The notes beneath the pieces were generated by a model, which had not been told where the DNA came from, made no database searches, and saw nothing but the letters and a program-made list of their open reading frames with translations. A stretch of DNA of 63,529 nucleotides, filler included, from Octopus bimaculoides (taxonomy: Eukaryota), in NCBI RefSeq assembly GCF_001194135.2. It is 6 parts of 5 records of this genome, joined end to end, with 100 filler letters (N's around TTAATTAATTAA, not from the genome) between each part and the next. Parts side by side here need not be neighbours in the genome. Positions count along the whole stretch, not along the records: positions 1 to 23,525 come from NC_068981.1; 5 more parts are not named here. One strand, 5' to 3'. A program made the position numbers and the translations under genes. Of this stretch, positions 1 to 12,190 are shown piece after piece (positions within the stretch are counted from its first letter, which is position 1; the number at the start of each line of letters is the position of its first letter).

Positions 1-1571
1 GGAGAAATGTACACCAAAGAAACATCTTAAAAACATGATGAGATAGAAACAACCAGTTTTATGGCGTGTTCAGTAACACATAAATGAATAAAATGAAAAG
101 GAACGTATCTTTAAGTTCATCCATTGCCAACAATTTTTAAAATAACAAGCGAAAAACTAGTTATTACATTTTGAAGGCTGTGCAAGGTTTATTAGTCGTA
201 AGTGGGGTACTTAAATACTCGAATGTGCAATGATTCACAAGATACTGACTCATTTGTTCGCATCTTATCTCTACAATATATTCTGGACTTGACTTTGAAT
301 AAATCTACCTTACTTATTTGGTAATGGAGCAAATAATGATAATAAAAACCACATTAGAGTGTCACACAACAGTGATTTAGAAAAGAGTCACAGCAATTCA
401 GTTGAAGAAAGATTAAATATAAATAAGAACAAGAACAAAGGTTGAACTTCTACCTTTAAAATATTTAATGATACTTATATTTCGGGTAAAAATAATCTTT
501 ATCAATGTGTGAAGAAAACAACGTCTGGCTTTGTTGTATGTCATGTTAGATAGCAATTATTTTGTTGGACACAATGTCAGAATAGCAAACATAAAATACT
601 ACTCACTAATTTTTCGAATTGTCTTGGTAAGCGATTCTGTTAAGATTCATATAAGATTCATATAGATTCGAGTATTTTTCTTTGTGTACCCGCTGAAGAT
701 TATTATTTTAAAAGTAATACAATTATACGTTTTCGTGAGTAAGTTAAGTTGCAGACAGACTGAATCCACAACTTGATTTTGAAGCTATTATCATTACACT
801 TCACTAATATTACTAATGCAGTTTAGACTCTCTTGTTTTCATTATCAAGGTTTCAGCTATATTTATCCTGAATACCAAATCTCTAATTTCTAAAATCTTA
901 CTATCACTTAACTACTGGAAATTATTCCTTGTACTTTCTCTGAGTGGTTATTCATAATGGAAGCATTTAGGAAAATCATGATACATTTTGAAATACATAA
1001 AAATATTATTCAATTTAATCTTCAGTAACAATTTATCATTCAAGAAAAAAAAATAAATAAATAAAAGCGATAACAAAATATTAATGAATTTAAGACATCG
1101 GGTTTTTATTAAGTTTTTGAACTCAGCATGTCAATGACTCGTAAGATACTCATTTTGCTTCTGCTCCCAATTATCTTTTGAGAATTCAAAGCTCGTGAAT
1201 TAACCCTTTCACTGCGAAATTAAATTCGTGGTTATTCCATGAAATTGTTTCATATTTTTCAAGTTTATAGATGTTTTGTTAGTTCATATTCAATGGTGAA
1301 AGAGAATAAGTAACGTAAGTTTGTGGTTGCCGGACTAAAGAGTTTTTTTTACGAGTTTTTACGTCCAGAAATTGGTTGGAATCGCAGGTGTACAAATTCA
1401 GACCTCTTCTTAGTAGTTACTAACCAGAAGGTGTCACTGGGAACTGTGTACATCAAGTGAGAATTATGGGAATTGCAGAAAAATGCAACAAGCCCTTATA
1501 GTTGATATTATCTCCGGACCCATGGACGAGTTAGCCAACATTTGGCGATCTTTGAGCATAGCGCGTCACTT

Positions 1572-1700
1572 TCACTTTCTCAAACTGTACCTCGTTTGTT
1601 TGACGGATGTCGAAAATTTGATTTTTTGAAGCTGTGCTACAGCCAGATTTTTTATGGGTGATATCTTTTGGTGCATTCCTGAATTTCTTTCTTGCTGCTG
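1572..1700 (-). CDS. Putative terminal coding exon of an unidentified gene (QQQERNSGMHQKISPIKNLAVAQLQKIKFSTSVKQTRYSLRK*)
   Basis: On the minus strand the acceptor tatag|CAGCAG gives a phase-0 frame of 42 codons ending in TGA at 1572-1574, which matches the phase of the upstream exon. A minus-strand AATAAA lies near 1105-1110. No homology recognised. Confidence 0.45.
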   Translation of the reverse strand, partial: QQQERNSGMHQKISPIKNLAVAQLQKIKFSTSVKQTRYSLRK

Positions 1701-1811
1701 CTATACATATAACATTTAAATTCAGGAATATCATTAACAAAACATATAATATCCTAACTGAAGCATTTTATTCTAAACTTTAAACTCACCAACTGTTTAT
1801 ATAGCACTTAC

Positions 1812-2018
1812 TGTATCGTTTTTACAATATAATGTTCTATTGTCAAAATTGTCAGAAAATTTAATCTGTCTGTATTTAGAAGATCCCAGACTGATGACAG
1901 CACCTGTATGACTATCCGAGTTGCCAGTATCTTCAATCGTCCTTGTCTCTTCATAAACCATTCGGGGTGTATTTACTTCACCATTCAATTTGTCATGCAG
2001 TACCTTTACAAAATTGTC
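1812..2018 (-). CDS. Putative internal coding exon (69 codons, phase 0-0) of the same unidentified gene
   Basis: Acceptor tttgcag|GAC and consensus donor ACA|gtaagt. The 207 nt are open (DNFVKVLHDKLNGEV...LYCKNDT), and a 111-nt intron separates it from the exon at 1700. Confidence 0.5.
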
Positions 2019-3950
2019 CTGCAAATAGTCATGCTATTTTTAACGATTGCGTAGAAACTGGGATAAATAGGAAGAATCCTCCAATGTACGATTAGGGACT
2101 TGAAAATATACGTACAATAACAACTAGTGATTGGTAAAGGCAACTGAGGATAAGTAGTCTTGGACAAATTGAAAACTAAAGGCTGGGATAAACACTCACA
2201 AAAATGACAGGTAATAAATTAATATAAGTAATTTATTACTTGAGGTCAAGTGAAAAGTACTTTTACTCAAGTGAGAATGCTATGTTATATGAAAATACCA
2301 CTCAATTGTACATTCCATCTTAAACAAAATGAGCAACAACGGCAGTAATTCTAAATAATTTTATACAAGCACACCCTTCCATTTTAAACAATAGCTACTG
2401 ATGCAGCAGTAACCTTTAACAGTTTCCCCTATAACAAGGCAAGTAGGCCATAAAACTTGAGAAAGCGTAAGTGGAGTGTTATACTTAAAGTTCGCCCAAA
2501 ACCTAATCAGTTCTTGCACATCTAGCACATAGCCATTAAGTATCAGAAAAATAACATTTAGTTCTTTCTCGTTTTCATTTTATCTCGGTTTCTTAATTGT
2601 TAACTTTCATACTCTGATGTCATTTCTATAACCTTTAATGTCATCAGATTTATGCTACCCTAATGTTAGTAACCCTGAGATTAAAATGTTTTGGTGGTTG
2701 TAACTAACAGTAATTGCAGTTTCTTTTTTTAATTTCTGAATGATAATAACAGAGCAGAGTGAATTTTTAATATCGTTTCTGAGTTTAATTATCTCTGCAA
2801 ATAATTTTTCACCTTGGAGTGCTGGTCACGAGTGGGTGTGAAATAAATTATATAAGATTTCCACTCAAAATACAATAGACAACAGAAACATTATAGAACT
2901 GGATAGAAGCAATGTAAAAAAAAAAAATACATGCCGAGGCCAAGTAAAATTTTAAAATATCAATTTTAAAGAATAATACCGATTCTTCGGATAGAATAGN
3001 NNNNNNNNNNNNNNNNNNNNNNNNNNNNNNNNNNNNNNNNNNNNNNNNNNNNNNNNNNNNNNNNNNNNNNNNNNNNNNNNNNNNNNNNNNNNNNNNNNNN
3101 NNNNNNNNNNNNNNNNNNNNNNNNNNNNNNNNNNNNNNNNNNNNNNNNNNNNNNNNNNNNNNNNNNNNNNNNNNNNNNNNNNNNNNNNNNNNNNNNNNNN
3201 NNNNNNNNNNNNNNNNNNNNNNNNNNNNNNNNNNNNNNNNNNNNNNNNNNNNNNNNNNNNNNNNNNNNNNNNNNNNNNNNNNNNNNNNNNNNNNNNNNNN
3301 NNNNNNNNNNNNNNNNNNNNNNNNNNNNNNNNNNNNNNNNNNNNNNNNNNNNNNNNNNNNNNNNNNNNNNNNNNNNNNNNNNNNNNNNNNNNNNNNNNNN
3401 NNNNNNNNNNNNNNNNNNNNNNNNNNNNNNNNNNNNNNNNNNNNNNNNNNNNNNNNNNNNNNNNNNNNNNNNNNNNNNNNNNNNNNNNNNNNNNNNNNNN
3501 NNNNNNNNNNNNNNNNNNNNNNNNNNNNNNNNNNNNNNNNNNNNNNNNNNNNNNNNNNNNNNNNNNNNNNNNNNNNNNNNNNNNNNNNNNNNNNNNNNNN
3601 NNNNNNNNNNNNNNNNNNNNNNNNNNNNNNNNNNNNNNNNNNNNNNNNNNNNNNNNNNNNNNNNNNNNNNNNNNNNNNNNNNNNNNNNNNNNNNNNNNNN
3701 NNNNNNNNNNNNNNNNNNNNNNNNNNNNNNNNAGTTCGTTTACGGAAACATTTTTGAGTACGTACATAAAAGCTCCTAAGCTATTATGCCGGCTATCGCC
3801 CAGTAATTCCAGCTTGTAAAAGCAATTTTATGGGATAGTACCGAGCTGAGCCGTTATGACGTAGGATAAATATAACAACAACAACAACAACAGCAATAAT
3901 AATAATAATAATAATAATCCAAGGATGGATTTTCATAAATATTTTAATGC

Positions 3951-4086
3951 ATCGCTACGCGCGTTTCTACAATGCACATGTTATTTACGACTATAATCTA
4001 CATTCATAGGATGATTACAGTATAATCTGTAACATCCATGGACATTACGGTGAGTCGTTATTCATGCGTTCATTTCATCAGGCGAT
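3951..4086 (-). ncRNA. Type I hammerhead-ribozyme-like motif with long branched stem II, in a PLE-terminal-type repeat
   Basis: Minus strand reads AUCGC-CUGAUGA-AAUG...CAUU-GUA-GAAAC-GCGC-GUA-GCGAU. Stem I AUCGC/GCGAU is perfect, stem III is the palindrome ACGCGCGU, and the cleavage triplet is GUA. Three extra nt precede GAAA. Confidence 0.6.
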
Positions 4087-4925
4087 ATAATATCAAAGAT
4101 GGAAGTAATGAATGTTTAACTGAAGGATATTTATCAATTTTTACGAATCAATGGTTCAGTGAAGTATGCAGGCACTCCTGTGTGTATTTGGCCTTACTAT
4201 GTGTGTAAATACACAGAAACAATAAGAGGAGTAGCCATATAATAGAAACAGATAAAACGATACAGTAAAATACTAAATAGATTCAATACACCGCCATAAA
4301 TTTTTCACCAAATTTGGCAAAAATACTCATAACCCTAACGCTAACTCTAAAACCCTAAAGCTAAAACCAGTACAAATGCACGATCGATGTCATAAATAAC
4401 AGTACCGCCGATAGTTGTTGTTGACAAACCACGGCAGTAATTTTATTCAAGGGAAACGATCCCATTACACCACCACAACGTGTTGTTGACAAACCACAGC
4501 AGTAATTGTTTTCACCTCAATAGACGTCAGTGATTGGTTGAAATTACCGAAATACGACAACTTTTAACATGAAATAACTTCGAATATAAAATTTTTTTCT
4601 CTCTGTTCTATAAGTCAAAATATACAAGTATACGAAGTTTTAAAGTGTTTCGGTAGAAAACACATTAAATAAAAACNNNNNNNNNNNNNNNNNNNNNNNN
4701 NNNNNNNNNNNNNNNNNNNNNNNNNNNNNNNNNNNNNNNNNNNNNNNNNNNNNNNNNNNNNNNNNNNNNNNNNNNNNNNNNNNNNNNNNNNNNNNNNNNN
4801 NNNNNNNNNNNNNNNNNNNNNNNNNNNNNNNNNNNNNNNNNNNNNNNNNNNNNNNNNNNNNNNNNNNNNNNNNNNNNNNNNNNNNNNNNNNNNNNNNNNN
4901 NNNNNNNNNNNNNNNNNNNNNNNNT

Positions 4926-5430
4926 TGATGAAAGATTTTCTGAAATTAAAGAAATTTTTGATTATATAAACATTTCTTTAAAAAAAGTAGGATTATACAA
5001 ATTTTATGGAAGTTTTCATGACGTGCAGTTTAAGATTCCTTAAATTTCCGAACCAATCCAATCCACTATGAAAATGAATGAAAGGAAACTTCCTTTTTAG
5101 GGTGGTTGGGGGGTGTTTTGGAAATGAGGAAAACGAGACTGTTACAATTGATCTCTACTGTAAGGACACGAAGATACACCAATATTTGTATTTCAGTTCT
5201 TGATACTCATTCTATATTAAAATAAATATCCTATTTAATATGGCAAGACGTATATTTTCAACACTTATAGAAAAAAGTAGACGAGAGAGACAACTGATAG
5301 AACTAGAAATATTTCTTCAGAAACAGAAATACAACAAAGACTTAGTAAATTATACCCTAACCAAGACAAAAGAGATCCCAATCTCTGTCATACGTAGAAA
5401 CCCTCATAATGAGGGGGAAGACAAAAACAA
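4926..5430 (+). mobile_element. Degraded Penelope-like retroelement RT/thumb fragment
   Basis: Translated pieces KLPFL, DLYCKDTKIHQYLYFSS and NMARRIF...LIELEIFLQKQKYNKDLV...KEIP match the PLE RT C-terminal/thumb pattern (LPFLD, DIYxKPTxxHQYL, ARRI...LxxQxY). Stops and frameshifts are present. Confidence 0.75.
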
Positions 5431-5479
5431 AAATATAAATATTCGGTTGGAATTAAAATATCATTCAAAATTTATTTAG

Positions 5480-7000
5480 TTGTCGATGGCTTAAAGTGGA
5501 CTAACAATATTCTATCAGTAGTGAACATCATGTCAATTCAATTTTTTTGCTAAGGGATACAATGCCCAGTTGCAATATGTACAGCTTCTCACCGAATCAT
5601 GGAGAATTGCGCCTGCTGGGTGAGTAAAAAGGAACTGTATCGAAAATATTCCAAGTTAAGCTAGATAGGACATTTCCCTGGTCCTGGAGCCTCCAGATGC
5701 AACCAGACAAGGAAATGGAGTCTTCCCGGTCCCTGGACCAGGAGTACATATATTGAGTAAACATTCCCTTGAAATTATTGGCTGTAGGTCCCGTATAATC
5801 CCTTGGCATATCATCAGGTATGGCGAGAGTCGCTCTATTGATCAGTATCTTAGGAAGGAAGAATCCATTCAATGGACAAGTGGCTTGATTCCGATAGTTA
5901 CCGGTGGGTGCCTGAATAGAGCCTGTATAGGTGCATGTTTGTTTTTCTGTTGCAGCATGCTAAGCTGGAAACGATGATATGTAGGCAAGACTAACTGACA
6001 TTATGCACGTTAAGAAGTTTGTGGTATTTATATGTTTGGGAAGTATTACCTAAAGAGTTCTTTGAAAATTTCATAGCAACAACGAAATTGATAGGAGGAT
6101 TGAACGAAGTTATTTTCCTTTTTGTAATTCTTTTCTTGTTTGAAGGTAAAAACTACTCCATTGTACCTAAGTTATCACTAAAGCTACTTCTCACTAACGT
6201 GTCATTGTAGTAAAATGCGGTTATATAAAAAAAAAAATCTTTACCTGAAGATAATTTGAAGATTCTTCTACTTGAAACAGCGGCTAAGTTTTTTGTTCTA
6301 TCTGGGTATGTTTGGAGTCACTTTGAATATATACGGTTCCATCATTAGATTTTCTAAAGAAGTATTACTTGATTATTGGAGGGGCTCTAATGTCTTGTCC
6401 AAGAAGCTGAATATGAGGTAAGTTATATTTAAATCAAACTTCTTGACGATTCATATTAAGTTCTCAAACCGTTCATATTGTTTGACATCGCTAGGCCATC
6501 ATCACTGCACAAACCCGCACTGTACTTGTGTAGCGAGATGTGGGCTTCTTGAGTGTATACAGGATAAATAATTTAACAAGGTTCATGACTTCAGCTCCAT
6601 CATAGCTTCTCATCGAGATGTCTAACATCAGATCAACTTTTTTTGTTTCCGGTGTCATTATAATATAAAAATGCTTTTACTAACGTTCGAAGTCGCTAAT
6701 CTGAGGGGAATGATTCCTGAAGTCCGGGGTTTTCAGGAGTAAGGTCTTCGACATGGAAGGATAAAAATCTATAATATCAAACTGGATGAATCTGCAGACT
6801 GCTTTGCTCTCAATACTGCAGAACCAGCAGATAACGACAGTGCTGCAATTCCAATGGCCGAAAATATGATTACTTATTCAACTTTTCTTTTAAAAGGGTT
6901 AATCAGTCTGCATTTAAAGTTGGACAGTAAATTTGATGTGTGACACTTTGGGTTCATATGAAAGGGTCGCATGGTAAAGCAATCTGCGTAACGTTTGTCT
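5480..7000 (-). mobile_element. Degraded Penelope-like retroelement (RT + GIY-YIG endonuclease), a different family from the adjacent plus-strand piece
   Basis: Minus-strand motifs: FKCRLINP (~6895-6918), FIQFDIIDFYPS (~6755-6790), and in the endonuclease region GPTANNFK, SLSGCIWRLQDQG and GEKLYIL...LSKKIEL. Confidence 0.85.
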
Positions 7001-7599
7001 TTAACAGAGGAGCTTGCTCCCGCGTTTCAGTGTTTATGTAGTTGTAGCTGTGTTAGTTTTCCTGAATGTATTGGTTAACTCTTCTACGATATCCTTTTCT
7101 ACGGCGACACTCATTAATAAAGCATTGTTCTGAATCACTGACTGTTCCGAAAAATGACATAAACGAGTCTGTTGACGAAGTAGGCGCACTAGCTGAACGG
7201 TCTGAAATGTGATGACGTTGGCATGTCTATTGACGTTAAACCATCAAGGCAGTTGAGCGGAATGTTACTTTGAACCGAAAGGTGATAACGTAAAGCTATT
7301 CTGTTTGGTGTTAGACGGTTATTGACGAAAAAAAAAAATCTGCCAATTTGAGTATCTGTGTTTGCATCACTGGTGTACCTTGAATATGTTATGGAATATT
7401 CGGTACATTAGTTCTTCTCCAATACAGCTGTTTACACACACACACACACACACACACAAAAAAAAGCAATCTATACTTGTTTTTGAGGTGGTGAAAAACA
7501 AATACAAATACAGGAGTAAAAAATGTTCAGTGAAATTTATAAAGTGTTTTTAATTGAAACGGTCTTACAACATCGGAAATACAACGAGAAGCTCTTACA

Positions 7600-8300
7600 T
7601 CAAAAGCGTACGGTTCGGAACTATGTTGGGGTTAGCAACATAGAGAATTTGTATATTCTTCAAGCAGGATAACATTTGTAGCTTGTTCTCGAAGGAATAT
7701 AATTACATTGAGAGTACAAAACATACAATGAATTTTATTTCATGCGTATAACATAACCACAATACCTCATCAAAAATTTCAATCGCCAATGATATACAGT
7801 TAAACGGAATCGACTATATGTAATATATTTAAATATCTAATTTAGTTGTCGAAGTTGTGCAAGGTGTTAATTCTCTGAGAAAGCAGAAGTTAAGCAACTT
7901 ATTTCTATCTTCCTCAGTTGCTTAACTTCAAAAACTTTTATAATAATACATTATTCTTACCGAACTTTCAATCAATAAGTTGAACGCGCCGGGTATGACG
8001 AATGCTGTAAACGCATAAGCGCCGTCAGTCGAGTAAAACCTGAAAGTTATTGCAGTCTCTTACTACAAAGATCTACTCATTTGTTGCTCCCATCTCCTCC
8101 GAGGTAGAGAGGATGTCTACTTTTCCTTATCCATGAACTCTGTGTTTGTAAAGTATGCCACTTCTTAAATCATTCAATTTGTAACGAATTCGTTTGTGAC
8201 CGCATTTCTTATCTCTTGCTTCATTACCTGGCGTTCACGAAGTAGAAGCCATAGCTATTTTTTATGCAGTTGTCACTGCTATTATTGCTAGTAATGCTTC
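7600..8300 (-). mobile_element. Possible highly decayed hAT-type transposase fragment
   Basis: The minus frame contains STDGAYAF, similar to the hAT (S/T)TDGAPAM motif, with weak upstream similarity. Many stops; boundaries are approximate. Confidence 0.35.
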
Positions 8301-9019
8301 TGTTATATGTTACTGTCGACAGCACTCAGCCACCATAAGATCTCTGTCTGTCTCTGTCTGTCTGTCTCTGTCTGTCTGTCTGTCTCTCTCTCTGTCTTTC
8401 TCAACGTTACAGAAAGCGGAATTAATTGGTTTATATAAATTTATATGAACTAGTACAGCAGAGATCTATATAGACCAACACAACTCTATACAGACCAGTA
8501 CTGCAAAGATGTATATAGACCAGTTCAGGAAGGAATTATTTTATAATTTGAGTCAGAAAGAATATATCACTAATTTGTTTTGTTTTCTTTCAGCCCTCGA
8601 TGTCTCGATCGAGCAGACCAATCAATGATCAAAGTTCTATTGTTTTGTCTTATCACAGTGCATACAGAACTACCGCATTTAAGAGAATATGGTATCATAT
8701 AAGGGAAATTGACTTTTATTTCTAGCAGATCGTTCGACAACATAGAGATTGATCTGTTGACTCATATTCCTCTAAGTCTACTTGTTTTGCTACTTACATT
8801 TATTTAATAAAATCCATACCATAAGTTCTATTAAACTATGCTGTATAAATCACGCTAGCCTTTCAGTCTTTCTCTATGGAGGAAAGGGAAGGGTTTCTTT
8901 TTAAATTTTTATATTTTTCATTATTTATTTATTTCTCTATTATATATTGGCGCAGGCATAGCTGTGCGGTTAAGAAGCTTGCTTTGCAATCCAGTAGTGT
9001 CGAGATCAAATAAATAAAC

Positions 9020-11486
9020 AAAAAGCAAAAAAATAAAATCACGTACAGTTTTCAAGATGAGAAAATTTTTTTGGTTTTAGCTCATGCATTATATAGAAAT
9101 TCCAATTAATGATGTGTATGCATGTATTTCATTTACATCAGGAAAACATACCTGTTATATGGACTGTTAGATATGTAATTCGTCTGACGTTCCGTGTGTC
9201 ATGTGGTTCGTCTGAGTTCATTGTTTCATTGTTGTTGTCTTGTGGGACTGTCGTGGTAAAATGTCATTGAGATATATATGGCGGACATGACTTTTGTTTA
9301 TTCATAACGAACATTGGGTGAGTGCGTTCTTTGTATGTAATTGAACAATAAATGTAATAATTAAATTGTATAACTCGTTGTGTTATCTCTGCGAGTCACC
9401 CGAGGGAAACATAACAATACCTTTAAAATAAACTACACTATTCATTGGTGCATAGTTCAGATGCAGTATTCCATCTTCTTAAATTAACCAATCAAGTTTT
9501 GTCTGATGAAATAGATATTTCAACATCTTAAATTGTCCAGGCATAATTGGTCTGACGAAATATTTCATCTCAAATTCAATATAAATATAACCGTTTGTAT
9601 CTATTTCCTTACTTGTTTTACAGTGTTAGAAATCGTCCTGATGTGTTTTATTATGTCTGTGTACAATAACACCAGATATCAAGAAGTTTTATAAGCTATA
9701 CTTTGATTGTACTCCTGGAGAACAGGACAAGTTATAGGTACCACATTTTATCTGCTCAGCTTGCTCAAATGACTGACGTGACTGGTTCAATAAGAAGTCC
9801 ATGCCATTTGCCATTCCAATGATATGGAGGGAGCAGAAAGACCATTTTTTTTTATGACTGTTAGTTTTGCAAAATAAATGTCACAGGATTTTCTATGAAG
9901 AATAAACACAAAATTGTTTATCCCAATTTGGATTCTGCAATGAGACCTGTGACTCACAATAGGAGTCTGCCAGATGATGGTATGGAAACATCAGATGATG
10001 ATGTTGACTGTCATGATAGTGCTGCTGAGGAAGATTACGTGGCTGATGACAATAGCTTTGAACCTCAGAAATTTTCCCAAGCTGAACTGAATGACCTTGT
10101 CAGAGACCTATCCAGAACTGTTGGCATCAAGACTGAAGGAGTAGTATCTATTAGAGCACGGTATTCGTATAACTTATTTTCGACAGAGAAATGTGGTTCT
10201 ACAAACATGTTTTTCTGTTGAAGGCCCACTTTGCTTTTGCAGTAGCAACGATGGACTCTTCAAATGTTTATCACGAAATCATGATTTTGCAGAGTGGCGT
10301 TTGTTCATTGACTCTTCAAAATGAAGTTTATAAGCTGTACATCTCCATAATGATAATTTAAAGCCCTCCTTTCTGATTGGACACTCCGTTCATCTTCATG
10401 AATCATATGAGAATATGGAACTTTTGCTTCATGCCATTGCCTATTTACTCATAGAAAATGTGTGGAAATTTAAAAGTCACTGGAATGTTAATAGGAATGC
10501 AATCAGGTTTCACAAAATACTGTTGTTTCTTGTGTCTATGGGATAGTCGGGCAACTGGCAGACATTATTCGGAATCATACTGGAAGACAAGAACATCATA
10601 CCATCCAGGATTGTCTAGCGTCAAGAATACAACTCTTGTAGACCCATGTAATGTCATATTGCCTCCTTTGCACATAAAGCTTGGACTGATGAAACACTTT
10701 GGAAAGACACGAGGGAAGAGAAATGCCAGAGGGTTTGAGTATATTGTAGAAATGTTTCCCAAAATCACACAGACGAAGTTGAAAGAAGGTATCTTTGTCG
10801 GACCCCAAATTAGAGAAGTACTCAAAAATGTCAACTTCAAGACAACACTGGATTCAATTGGATCTGTGGGAATTTCTTGGGCAACAAGAAGGCAATGGAC
10901 TACAAGGATGGCATCAGGAGTCTTCTGAGATGTTACTCAGCAATGGGTTGTCGCATGTCACTGAAAGTTCACTTCTTGGACTCCCAACTGGATTTCTTCG
11001 CAGATAACCTTGGCGCAGTGTCTGATGTACATGGTGAAAGATTTCGCTAAGACATTAGTGCTATGGAGAAACGGTACCAAGGCTTTTGGAATGACAGTAT
11101 GCTGGCTGACTACTGCTGGACACTTTACCGTGTTCAACCAGATCAGGAACACCGCAGGAAATCCAAATCACGATGTTTCTAACTCTGTTGTTCTAACGTT
11201 GTCTGTTTTGTCTGTCCCATTGTTTTGTGTATTCACTCTTTGTAGAATGATAGTGATGATTTTTAACTCAATAAACTCATTTATTTCTAAAAATAATATG
11301 TCCTTATTTATTACGTTAATGATTTCATATATACAAATATGTAAATATTTGCATGTATCTACTGAAAAATTGATACGTGCTACATACATATGGAGTGAAA
11401 TTTTGAAATCAGTATTGAAAATTAGTCTAAAAAAAGTTGGTTTACATTCATAATGAGTATAATACATTTAATTTTGTTGACCAGTG
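9020..11486 (+). mobile_element. Chapaev(3)-like DNA transposon (CMC group) with decayed transposase; right TIR intact, left TIR not found
   Basis: Motifs CRNRPDVF, VPHFICSAC, MPFAIPMIWREQKDH, GFTKYCCFLCLWDSRA, ILPPLHIKLGLMK, EGIFVGPQIR and MSLKVHFL. The right end reads TTTTGTTGACCAGTG (CAC terminus) followed by TAA. Confidence 0.72.
9153..9416 (+). mobile_element. Solo LTR (264 bp) nested in the Chapaev-like element
   Basis: Inverted termini TGTTAT...ATAACA, a perfect 5-bp TSD ATACC (9148-9152 and 9417-9421), and an internal AATAAA. Confidence 0.85.
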
Positions 11487-11489
11487 TAA

Positions 11490-12190
11490 TTAGCCCCGAA
11501 CTCAATTCCAAATCACTGACCACTTTAACTGTCCCTCTCCAAAATAATGTCCTGTCACTTGTGCGTTCCTTTATCATTTGGGGGAGGCTCAGTATCCTGA
11601 AGTCAACATTCACCACTACTGCCCATGTCTTCCTTCAGTTTTCCTCTGCCAATTTTACCTTCGACATAAATCTGTTTCCTTCTACACTTCTTTACCCAAC
11701 TTTCATTTATACAACACGGTGGTCTGTTTTGCACACATCTGATTCTTCTTATACGTAGTTTTCCTCTCATCTCTGTACTATGTCGCTTAGAATATTTTTG
11801 ATTCACTTCTTTCTCGCTTTAGCACAACCTCTGCATCCAGTGTTCATGTTCCACTACCATGCAGCATCGTAGTTCGTACATAGGCATCGTACAATCTGCC
11901 TTTCATTCAAAGAGTGATTCTCCTTGTGGCAGAGTTAATAGCTCCTCGAATTATTTGCATTCCATTCTTATTCTGGGTACTATGCTTTCAGATCACCTTT
12001 TCTGCAGCTGATAAGGTCACTTAGCTAGCAGAAAGCTATCAGTTACTTCTACAGGGCCTTCCGAAGAATTAATTGTATGTGTGCTATGGCTACGAACTAC
12101 TCCTGTGCATCGCTTACAAAGTTTTTATTCACTGTCAGTTTGCCTTTGATTCTGGAATTTCTACGTTCCTTTTTTCTATGTATCTGGTGG
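11490..12190 (-). mobile_element. RTE-clade LINE 3' coding fragment
   Basis: Minus translation includes GIKGKLT...VEVTDSF...KGRLYDACVRTTMLHGSGTW, typical of the RTE RT C-terminus. Decayed. Confidence 0.8.

Noticed and set aside
4331-4365. Interstitial telomere
   Set aside because: Only a few degenerate CCCTAA units inside a dispersed repeat.
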